64,000 bases of DNA from the NCBI RefSeq assembly GCF_000315625.1, contig NW_005434599.1, forward strand, positions 184,851 through 248,850, read 5' to 3'. Every line of letters starts with the position of its first letter. Position 1 is the stretch's first letter. Below are positions 1-10,009 of this stretch, in pieces. The translations under genes were made by a program, and so were the position numbers. The notes beneath the pieces were generated by a model. It saw nothing but the letters and a program-made list of their open reading frames with translations, was not told the origin of the DNA and ran no database searches. The stretch comes from Guillardia theta CCMP2712 (Eukaryota; Protista; Cryptophyta).

Positions 1-297
1 GATGAGATGAGGCAATAGAGGATGTCAAGAATATCAAACGAGATTCCAAAGCTGGTGAAGGAATGAACCTGACGCTCTCCCACCATACGACTCATTCTAC
101 CATGTTCATAGATAAGATTTATGTCAATTAGGGAATGTTTGGATAAGTTTTTTTTTATCTCAATCAGGAATGTTTTTGTTTCGTCGAGAAATTCTTGATG
201 AGCAGAACGATATGAACCAGTTGGGAGGTAAGTTCAAGATCCACGGTGTGCGGAATGGAATAGATGTGAATGCTTGACGAAGATATGAGCTTGTGAT

Positions 298-1813
298 CTA
301 GAAACCAGCGCTTGCATTCTTGATTCGGTCAAGAATTTGTTGAATATCATAGCTACGTTGCTTGACTATTGCACTTGATCTTTTCTTGACCTCAACATGA
401 GCTCTGGCAACCCAACATAATCAGCAATAAAATACTGCAGCAAGCAAGCAGCCCTCTACCAGCCAAGAGTTGAACTCCACAGTCATGCATGGTCTGACGA
501 ATCAGGTCAGATATGGCAGGCGGCTGAGATATGTAGACCCTCACCTGGCAGTGTTGTTGCATCGTACCGTTGAAGTGCTTCTTGGCCGGCTGGGACTCCC
601 CGTCTCCCCATCGCTCGATCTTGGGAACGAACTCGGGGCTCTTCGGTCGGAAGATGCTTCCTGCAGGTGAACACGCGCGCCAATGTTGGAATGCTCCTAG
701 AACACTTGACCTCCTCACCTGTCTTCGCCCATCGATCTCCAAACTCGAGCACGTAGAAGTTGTGCATACGACTTGCGTGAACTCGGTCAGGAGGACACGA
801 GTCGCGTTCCAACAAAGAGTTTGAGAAGCAGCAACCTGAAAGGCCTTTCTCTGCTCCCCTCCTTCTGCTTCTGCCTCACCTGGAATCGACAGATTCACAA
901 TCAAGGCAGCAGGAGAGGAGCAGGAAGAGAAGGTGGAGAGGAAGGAGTCTTACCTTCCGCAGCTGTTTGAACCTCTCTTCGAACCTCTCTCCGTCGACCA
1001 CAACAAAAGTTCTTCGCAAGAGCTTCAAGTCAGTACACAAGCAGTCGGCTCGAGCTGCCGGACCCAGATGATGAGTTCCACTGCAGCGACGTCCCTTCCT
1101 TCACGAGCTGCTCGACCACCTGCAACTGATTGTCAGTCCTCAGCTTCATCAAGGCTGACTTCACCTTTGGGAGCGGTAACCCCGAAGCTCTGCTGTCTTC
1201 CTGGACCTCCTGCTTCACGCTGGTCTCAAGCTTGTCTTCGCCCTCTTCGAGGATGCACTCTTCGTAGGCTGCGGGCAAACATGCCTTCTGAAGTAGTGCA
1301 GACGAGGAGAGATGGAGTGCACCTAGCAAGGGTCAAGATAAATTCTTTACGACGCATCAAATCGCTCACCACGGTCTTCGTTCTTGTGGGCTTCTGAGTT
1401 CCCTTCCCGCATACTGATCGACGAGACCTTCCAGCCCTCGAGCTCGATTGCGTCCAACCAGTGCACGTGTAGGATGTTCCACAGGTCCAACAAGTCTAGG
1501 CGTGGAGAGTGGGAGAGGTTGAAGCGTCTGGACAACACAAACGTGAGCCACTTGACATTGCGATCACCGATATTACAAGATGCTGACAACAATCGGCGAC
1601 TGAATCTGCTTCCTCTCGATCTCGATTTCTTTCTCCAGGAATCGCTTCAGACACTGTGTCGTCGTGGAGGAAAGGAGGTCGAGGGTTCGAGCATCCACAG
1701 GCCCGAAGAAGAGCAGCTCGAGGAGGGAAGGAGGCGAACGAAGCAGCACTCTCAGCGCCGCATGCGGCATGACGTCTTCTCTACACCGCGAGCTCCTTGC
1801 TCCCGCACTGCAT
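298..1813 (-). CDS. Multi-exon hypothetical protein (boundaries uncertain)
   Basis: Series of protein-like minus-strand ORF fragments (1573-1770, 1347-1592, 1030-1329, 392-904) separated by GT..AG segments. Candidate ATG near 1813; candidate last exon ...QILDRIKNASAGF* near 298. No family recognised. Confidence 0.4.
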
Positions 1814-1869
1814 GGCGTGAAGATGCGTATAAGGTGTATCGCGAGACATCACGCCATTTCTACAAGTCT

Positions 1870-2090
1870 AGGATGGGTTCGATTGAAAGGGGTAGGGGTA
1901 TTCAAAGAAGGGGTATCTCATAATTGTTATTGGATCATACCACTCATGGCACCTATTATACCCTCATTTTGATACTGATTTTAAGGGGTGAAGGAATATA
2001 ATGTACCGGTACTAATTTCAAAAATCATGATGACCTCCGTAGGGGTAGAGAAATGCGGGGTAGGGGTACCCCTTAAGGGTCCCTCTAGTT
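1870..2090. promoter_or_regulatory. GGGGTA/TACCCC motif cluster in divergent intergenic region
   Basis: GGGGTAGGGGTA 1889-1900, GGGGTA 1910-1915 and 2042-2047, GGGGTAGGGGTACCCC 2057-2072. Regulatory role is inferred from position only. Confidence 0.45.
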
Positions 2091-2589
2091 GCGGGAGGCA
2101 AGTTTGTTGCGTGATAACAGATAAATATCCTAATAAGATATATTGTTCTGTAGCTCACCAAATAATATGTAAATATCTTATATAAGAGATAATCAGTTTA
2201 TTTAAAGTTCTGATTTTCCAATTAACACAATTATGTGCTGCCTACTAGGAAAATTATGTACTAATAGTAAATATATTGTCTATATCGAATGAAAATGTCT
2301 TGATCTAAATACAATATTGATTAGATTTATTGCTTATTTACGCATCAGTCGCATTGCCATGCGGCCGCTGGGAGGCTTATGGCGGCGGGAGGGTTGGAAG
2401 AGAGAGAGGAGGAGGGAGCAGCAGGACCTTCGAGGATAGAAGCTACGAGAAACATACTGGCATGACATGATGATATGAAGAAGCGAAGGCTATGAACAGC
2501 CATTTCATCGAGGAGGGAAGCAGAATGCTGTCAAGGGGCTGAAGGCTGGTGGCCGCGGGGCTCAGAAAGAGATGATGCCTTGAGTAGAG

Positions 2590-4150
2590 ATGGAGGGGTT
2601 GGAGCGGCTCGAAGGGCTCACTGAACTAGGTGGCCCCTCCTTGTTCGAGGTCGTTGGCGCCGACAGGCTTGCGGCAGCTGCTGCGGCGGCGCTGGATCAT
2701 GTGCTGAGAGTGTGGGGCATCAGAGCGTCAAGAAGGTTCTGGTGGGTGAGGAGCTACCGAGAAGAAGTTATCGGGATCGCTCGGCTGCTCCTAGAACGAC
2801 AGAGCATGGAAGGGCGGAATGCTTCTGCTGGGGAAGGGTTCTTCGGACTCATCCGCGAGGCGGCGGCTGGGGGGGTACCGAGTGCGAGACAGAAGCGGCT
2901 CTCGCTCATTTTCCTTGTCGCCATGCCATACGTGCAGGCCAAGATCGACAGCCTCATTCGTCGTCCTGAAGACGAGGAGCTGGAGGCAGCGCCATTGCCT
3001 TCGGGCAACTTCGAACCGCCTGTAGAAGGCAGGTTGTGGGCGCAGGCGCTGGGGCAGCCGGCGGGTACTGGAAGCCGAGAGCTGCGAAGGTCTTTTTGAC
3101 TCGTAGCAGCAGGAAGTGTCTGGAGGCCTCCAGCCTCCCTTGCATGGACTTGGCTGGATTGGGCGAGAGCAGTATGGCCGTGGGTGCAGGCTCTGAAGGA
3201 AGGATGGGTATGATGCTTTAACAGGATTGGCTAGCAGCTTCATGACTTGAACTGAAGGTGCTGGCGTACCAGATTGGATACCTCTTCAGCAAGACTCCGT
3301 TCAGCAGGTCAAAATGCTTCAGCTGTCAGTAGACATGAACAGCTTCGCAGCCCTTGGCTTCACCTCCTTGGCTTGAAACTCCGGCGAATGACTTCAGAAG
3401 ATTTCATAAGGCTCGAGCAAGTGATTGCCTCGCAATGCTCCTTATGCAGTCTAATCATTGAGTGTACAGATGCTGAGAAGTGCTAGAGCAGCTCAGTTTG
3501 CGTGGGCAGACAAGCATGCAATGTCTCGATACTGAATCCATCTCTGACGTCTCATTGACGCCTTAGCAGGCCCATTCGCCTTGTGCTCCGGGCGCTTTTC
3601 AAGTTTTGGCACTTTGCCAACGACAACTTCAAGGCAAGCAGGCTCAAGGGAGGGAGGATGTGAACTGACATGCTTCCAGCTTCTGCTTCTCTTCCTTGCA
3701 TTCGTTGTAAAGCTGGCAGACTGGTGGTACACCAACGAGGAGGTCCGGGACGAGGTTGCGACTCGCCTTTCAATCGTACTCCTGTAACTGGAAGCTGAGC
3801 GCAGACCGCGTACATTCCTCCTCCTCCTGTTCGACCTCCTCCTGCTGAAGATGGGCTCAAACTGCTGAGCAGCCGGGAGCATTGTACCATCTGCAATCAA
3901 GTTCGCAGGAATCCTGCAGCTTCGACCTCGGTGATCTTGGATCCTCACAGGAAAGTGGTGCTGATGAGGTTTGATAGGGCTACGTTTTCTGCTATCCTTG
4001 CATTTTCAAGTATGCTGAAGTGAGTGATCATGAAGTTTGCTGCCCCCATCCCCGCGCGCGCTGACCGCAAAGCAGGAGCACGGATGCTGTCCGATAACTC
4101 GGCTTCCTTGCTCAGTGCAAGAGATCCGGCGGCTCTATGAATCAGCATGA
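2590..4150 (+). CDS. PEX12: Peroxin-12 (peroxisomal RING peroxin), multi-exon
   Basis: N-terminal GPSLFEVVGADRL matches the PEX12 PSxFE motif; also LERQSM, FFGLIR, LVAMPYVQAKID, SPWLHLLG and KLADWWY. Spliced C-terminal degenerate RING CTICNQVRRNPAASTS/GYVFCYPCIFKYAE/EHGCCPITRLP...IRRLYESA* with stop at 4148-4150. Confidence 0.9.
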
Positions 4151-4353
4151 AGGGAAGAGCAGGACAACGAGTGAGTGTGACATTCTTGTACTGAGAGTCT
4201 CGTCTGGCAATTATACAAGTAGAGTTGAAACATAGGAACGACTCGATGACCTCCCGTGCTGCCACGAGAGGTGGGGCGGCGAAAGAATACAAGGCTCTGA
4301 TGGCAGTCTTGCTCCATCATTCGTCACATCTCTGAAGGATCTTCAACATGCCG

Positions 4354-7300
4354 TCATGAAGGGACCCACTTCATCGACAGGCAGTTGCTCATCTACAGTC
4401 ATAGTCAACCCCAACCAGATCAGAAAGGCAACAGCATGCACCTCGTCGTAGGAAAACCCGTCTTCTGGAACCGTCCAGTTCTCCTGCTTCAGCGCCTCTG
4501 TCCATTGATTCTTCACCTTCTCCAGTCGCCTGCCAGCCCTTGAGTGACAAGGAAAGATATCAAATGTGCCTCACTCTCTCGACGAGATGTACTGGCCGAG
4601 CTTCGAGGAGGTCATCCTGACGGCGACCAGCGCCCTCAGCTCTGAGATATCTACACTTGTTGCTCCCTCAATCTTCACATGCCGAGCAAGGATGCGAGCA
4701 ACAGCCCCGCCCCTTCCAAAGTTCGTCAGTTGAAACTCCACAAATACGCTGTGTGACTTCACCCTGTACCGTCGGCATCTCCCATGAGCACTCCCCCTCG
4801 CCCGTATCGTAGGTCATAGTCCTGCAGGAATTCTATCTCCACCTGAAAGGCAGGTCAACTCCACCATCAGGCTCTGGGTGCTCTACCTCGCCATCCGGAA
4901 ACTTCTGCGTGATTGTCAAACCTCGCGGGACGATGAGGTCTTGCGGTTCTCGTGACGCTGTGAAGGTCAGGTCGGACGTTCGGATGGACCAGGCATCTTC
5001 ACTCCCCCGGTCAGTTCGCTTGTCGCTATGAAGCTTCTCCGCATCCCGTATAATCGAGTTGTCAAGTTCTATCCCATCCTGTGTGGCATCCGCAAACATC
5101 ATTGAGTTGTATTGCTTGCTCGGGAGAAGGCTGTCGTTTGCTAGGGGGCCCTGCGAGGACCCGACGGGGGTGAAAGCTTGCTGATGACTTGAAGCATAAC
5201 TGAAAGGGGCATTCCCTCTTGCATTGGGAGTGCTGTTTACGTTGTTGGACGCCGAATCCTCAGGCGCAAAACTTGATGGGTTGCGCATACCATCCGATAT
5301 CTGTACATTATCTCGAGTGCTGGCTTGCAGGTTGTCATTTTCCTTTCCGACAGCCGGCGACTCGGACTGGAAGAGCTGTTTCTCGACGTTGCTGGATTCT
5401 TTGCGCTCCAGCATCTCACTAAATTTGGTACTCCATGAGCCCGCCGACGGTCTCAGCCTCAGACTTGGTGTGGATGACGAGATTAGCCCTGGACTTGGGG
5501 AGGCCTTTGCAGGCCGGATCTGACCAGAGGGCACAGGGCCACTCAGGCTCAAACTTCCATCGATCCGCGTCGGCCGGATGCTCGTCTTGCCGCGAGATGC
5601 TGAGTTCGACCCAGCAGCTCTAGCCCTGAAGGTTCCTCCAAGGCCAGCGTGAGGTGGCTGCGAAAATGATGAACGCAACGGTGAGTTGTTGCCTGTATCA
5701 CTCGAAATCTGAGCATGAGGGTCGGACGAGAAGAGACGAGGAGCTGTTTCCGAGTTTGAAGGCCTCAACTTCAGATTCCCGTATGGATTACTTTGTACAT
5801 CTGCCATCCAACTCGTATTTGCTGCTTGAGTTTGCGGCAGCACAACCTGGACAGGAGGAGCCTGGGCCACTTGCATGGTCGGCTGCGCACCAAAGGGGCT
5901 TGCTGGTTGACCAAACATGGATCCACCAGTGGCGGCCCCGAAGCCTCCGAAGCCTGACGATGTTGCCGGTGCTCCAAACCCCCCTCCCGTCGAGGCTCCA
6001 AAGGGAGAGCTCCCGAATGGCGTTGCCTGCGTCTGCCCGAACCCACCGAACCCTGTCGCTGGCTTTGCTGCTGCTCCAAACGCTCCTCCTGTAGACGCCC
6101 CAAACCCCCCAAACCCTCCCCCAGTCGACGCGCCAAAAGGTGACGAGGTAGCAGGGCTGCCAAACGCGCCTCCTGTTGAGGCTCCAAAGAGGGAGCCTGA
6201 TTGTGATTGTCCGAAACCACCGCCGAAGGGTGCAGCTGGCTTGGCACCGAAGGGATTTGCCGCCCCTGTGGAAGCTCCGAAGCCTCCGAAGCCTGACGAT
6301 GTTGCCGGTGCTCCAAACCCCCCTCCCGTCGAGGCTCCAAAGGGAGAGCTCCCGAATGGCGTTGCCTGCGTCTGCCCGAACCCACCGAACCCTGTCGCTG
6401 GCTTTGCTGCTGCTCCAAACGCTCCTCCTGTAGATGCCCCAAACCCCCCAAACCCTCCCCCAGTCGACGCGCCAAAAGGTGACGAGGTAGCAGGGCTGCC
6501 AAACGCGCCTCCTGTTGAGGCTCCAAAGAGGGAGCCTGATTGTGATTGTCCGAAACCACCGCCGAAGGGTGCAGCTGGCTTGGCACCGAAGGGATTTGCC
6601 GCCCCTGTGGAAGCTCCGAAGCCACCAAATGCTGATCCCGTTGCAGCACCAAAACCACCACCACCGAATGCTGGAGCACTCTGCGTCTGCCCAAACCCAC
6701 CGAAAGCAGCTCCAGTGTTGCCAAAGGGAGTGGATCCGAACGCTGGCGTCGCTTGAGTTTGGCCGAATGGATTCTGTTGCTGAGCAGCTCCGAAGGTGGA
6801 AGTGGCTCCAAACGTCCCCCCTGCGGCGTTGTCTTTCTTCTTGCGGTTCATCATGTAGTCGCCGACACGCAACTCTTCAAAAGAATAATTGGCATATGTG
6901 TTCATATGGGTGATAGACATGTAGTTTCCCTGAGTGCTTGCCGATGCTGTTCCGGTACCATCCGGCCCTTTGGTCGCTTCGTAAGGCTGCACAGAAGTGT
7001 TCGGAGTTCCTGGCGGTGCTGCCTGCTGGGCCGTGTTCCCAAACCCTCCAAACCCTGGGGCAGCACCACTGGAGACTCCAAAGGCTGAAGACGATGCTCC
7101 GAATGTTGGGGCAACCCCGGTGTTCGCTCCGAATCCTCCGCCACCAAAGAAAGAGCCTCCAGTCTGTGCAGGTGCAGTCTGGCCAAAGCCGAAGCCAGCT
7201 TGCGATGGTTGACCGAAGGGGTTCGAAGGATTCGCCGCAGGAGCGCCTGTCAAAGGATCCAAGTCAAGAGGTCGGACAAGGAGAGTGGCACATTCTTTCA

Positions 7301-7656
7301 TCCTTACCGAAAGGCGATGATGTTTGTCCGAAGCCAAACCCTGCCGGTTGTGCTGGGTTGGCGCCGAAAGCGCTGCCAGTGCTACCAAAGGAAGAGAATC
7401 CTCCAGTGGAGGGATTCCCACCAAAGGCAGGAGCCGCTGCTTGCGCGCCGAAGGCAGAGGTTGTCTGACCAAAACCAAAGGCAGGGGCAGCGGCTGGGGC
7501 GCCAAACGCTGATGCCTGCGGTTGTCCGAAGCCTCCAAATGCAGGCTGTTGCTGCTGAGCCGGCTGCTGTCCGAAAGCTCCTCCTCCAAAAGCACTTCCC
7601 ATGGTCGACTGAGCATTTTGGCCAAAGGCGCCGCCGCCGCCTCCAAAAAAGCTCAT
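4354..7656 (-). CDS. NUP98: Nup98/Nup116-like FG nucleoporin with GLEBS motif and degenerate C-terminal autopeptidase-like domain
   Basis: ATG at 7656 (MSFFGGGGGAFGQ); GT-AG intron 7247-7307; dense FG repeats; GLEBS-like SITHMNTYANYSFEELRVGDY; SNPYG after the FG region. Spliced C-terminus VEIEFLQDYDLR...GFSYDE/MSNCLSMKWVPS*. Confidence 0.85.
5938..6623. repeat. 339-bp (113-codon) tandem duplication inside the FG domain, 2 copies
   Basis: ccgaagcctccgaagcctgacg starts at 5938 and again at 6277; identity continues to 6623. Only one mismatch noticed (gtagacgcc vs gtagatgcc). Confidence 0.95.
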
Positions 7657-7869
7657 CGTGGATAAACCTTCCAATTCGATGTCAGAACATACTAGGATGA
7701 AATCACGCGAAAATTATTCAATTCACATTCATGAGGTTTACTTGCTGTCTCAGCAGCGCAGGCAGAAAGAACTAGCAGCCCACGATCGCTACTAGACTAT
7801 CCAATCCCATCATTCCCCATTGGATCCTTACTCCACCTCCCCATGCTTCTCCAGCTGAGCTCCGTTTCG

Positions 7870-8240
7870 TCTATCCTACCCGCAGATCTCACTGACTCAC
7901 TCACTCTGTTCTTAGTTCTGCACATTCCTTCCCCCCGACCATGCATTTGTTCGCCTCCCTCCCCTCCTCCCCATCCCTTCCCCTGTTCCCAGCCATTTAT
8001 TTCACGCGCGGCAGAATTCACCCAAATCCCCTCTACTACCCCCACCCTACCTTGATCTCGCACTACCCCTGTAGTTTCTTACTCACCCTGTGTATTCTAT
8101 CTATACCCCTCCTTTTTACTTATAATACCCCACTTATCTTGGGAAGAATTCCCACAAAAAGTCTCAAATAGTTATTCACAGTACCCCCTACCCATCAATT
8201 CACAACCACTACCCATGCCATTTCACCAAGCTTGGGGGGT
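7870..8240. promoter_or_regulatory. TACCC(C) motif cluster in divergent intergenic region
   Basis: Repeated CTACCC/TACCCC and TACTCACCCTGT at 8080-8091. Confidence 0.45.
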
Positions 8241-8434
8241 CATCAAGTGAAAGAATCGCCGGACAGCAGCAACATTCCCCGGACTACTCAGTGACCGGCC
8301 CGGGGGCACCGGCCTGGGCCGGGAGGGTTTAGATTAGCTTTTAGGTTTAGATTGGCCGACGGAAATAGAAGGAAAATGATGGCGGACTCGGAAGTAGTTG
8401 TGGTGAGGAAGAAGACGAACAGGTGAGCATTGCG

Positions 8435-8520
8435 ATGGAGATGGAGATGGAGATGGAGATGGAGATGGAGATGGAGATGATGATGATGATGATGATGATG
8501 ATGAGGAGGAGGAGGATTAT
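8435..8520. repeat. Compound microsatellite (GATGGA)n-(GAT)n-(GAG)n
   Basis: Directly visible; a related (GATGGA)n run occurs near 56418-56440. Confidence 0.9.
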
Positions 8521-8815
8521 GTCGATCTTGATTATTGTGATATTGCTATGATATTATTGATGATGGGGAGAATGATGATAAGGATGACGATGATGGAATT
8601 GGAGTTGGAAATGGAAACAGGCATTAATAGAAAGAAAATTTTAAACGATCGATACTACGATGCTGGAAATGATGTTGCGACTGATAATCATGCAAATGAT
8701 AAGTACAATGATGGTGCCTTCAATGTTGGTCATGATTGTATTGGTGATCGTGGGGGATGATGACCATGAAAGGATGTGGAGATTTTGACGAAAACTTGTA
8801 CCTCACAGGAGGAGA

Positions 8816-9880
8816 GTGATGGCTGCGGGATGTTCGGGGCTCTTGATGTTGGCAGTTGTCGTGGTTGCGACACGGGGCACCAAGGATACCATACTTGCAT
8901 CCACAGTGAGCAAGGGATACGGGGAGTGGTGCAACGGCTGCGGACCGCTTCCCCTTGCGGGAGTTGTCTCCCGCAACGCACACAGGATAGCGGCTAACAG
9001 CGACGCTATGCGCGCTCTCTACCAGTCTGCCAACTCAGGACTGACAGCAGCGAACAAGCAGCTGCTCCGTCTAGAGCAGACGGTGGAGCAGACGGAGGAA
9101 GGGCTGGCGTCAGGGCTTGCGCACTATCAGGCTGTTCCTGGCTATGGCGGAATCTACGCGCCTGTGCCCTCCTATACTGCTCCCTATGCGTCTCCCTATG
9201 CGTCTCCCTACGCTTCTCCCTACGTCTCTTCTTTTGCTAGCCCGGTGGTAGCAGCTGGACCTGCTGTTGGAGCAGCTGTGGTGACTGCTGGGCCGCATCG
9301 AGTGCCAGGAGGATGGCTTCCCGTCTATGATCAACCGGCTGTGTCAAGAGTCCCCGTCCCTGCTGGCCCGGTCGCTCCGCCTTTCGCTCCGCCTGGCTAC
9401 CAAGCTGTCTTCGTGCCTGGCGGGATGGGAGAAGGAAGTGCTGCTGCTCCTGCTGCCGACATCTCCCTCCCTCCACCTCCAGAAGAGGAGGCGGAAGAGG
9501 CGGAGGACACGGCAGCGCCAGCGAGTGAGGGATCGGATGAAGACGATTCAGCTGTTAAGCCGCTCATCCCCTTCAACTTGCCGGAGGAGGCGACACAGGT
9601 GGCTGAGAGCGCGGCCAGCCAACCGGAGGCGCCGCAGCCGGCAAACATCAGGGCGCGTGCGATGGAGCACGTCATGCAAAAAGCGGCGAAATCCCTTGGT
9701 CCCGTTGTTGCGGCTGCAGCTAGTCCAGGAGGAGGAGCAAGGGGAGGAGCGAAGGCTCCTTCTACTCAAGTTGCTGCTGCTGCTGCTGCTAGAGGGGGAG
9801 GACAGCGAGCGGCTCTTTTCGTGAACCAAGTTCGGTCGCACTTCATGGCCAACCAGCGAGACGATGGAGAGATGCTGTGA
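8816..9880 (+). CDS. Putative secreted low-complexity protein (signal peptide, CxxC, short coiled coil, YASP repeats, Pro/Ala/Glu-rich)
   Basis: Uninterrupted 354-aa ORF with hydrophobic N-terminus (GLLMLAVVVVATRG), WCNGCG, heptad-like LTAANKQLLRLEQTVEQTEEGL and a YTAP-YASP-YASP-YASP repeat. Confidence 0.7.
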   Translation: MMAAGCSGLLMLAVVVVATRGTKDTILASTVSKGYGEWCNGCGPLPLAGVVSRNAHRIAANSDAMRALYQSANSGLTAANKQLLRLEQTVEQTEEGLASGLAHYQAVPGYGGIYAPVPSYTAPYASPYASPYASPYVSSFASPVVAAGPAVGAAVVTAGPHRVPGGWLPVYDQPAVSRVPVPAGPVAPPFAPPGYQAVFVPGGMGEGSAAAPAADISLPPPPEEEAEEAEDTAAPASEGSDEDDSAVKPLIPFNLPEEATQVAESAASQPEAPQPANIRARAMEHVMQKAAKSLGPVVAAAASPGGGARGGAKAPSTQVAAAAAARGGGQRAALFVNQVRSHFMANQRDDGEML

Positions 9881-10009
9881 AGTGCTCGCAAACTATTCTC
9901 TCCTCACTGCGCAGTCAGATTGTAGAATTTTAACTTCCTGCATGTACAAAAATGAAACGATCGAGGTAACCGCTTCCTCTCGTTCCCTCCCCACCCCCCC
10001 CCGACCTGC

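Noticed and set aside
3945-4292. Minus-strand ORF containing FMITHFS, resembling the Nup98 HF/S cleavage site just downstream of the nucleoporin
   Set aside because: It lies antisense to the PEX12 RING exons and intron, and the nucleoporin model already stops at 4354. Treated as coincidence unless cDNA shows splicing into it.
8326-8355. Telomere-like gggtttagattagcttttaggtttagatt
   Set aside because: Too short and degenerate to call an interstitial telomere.
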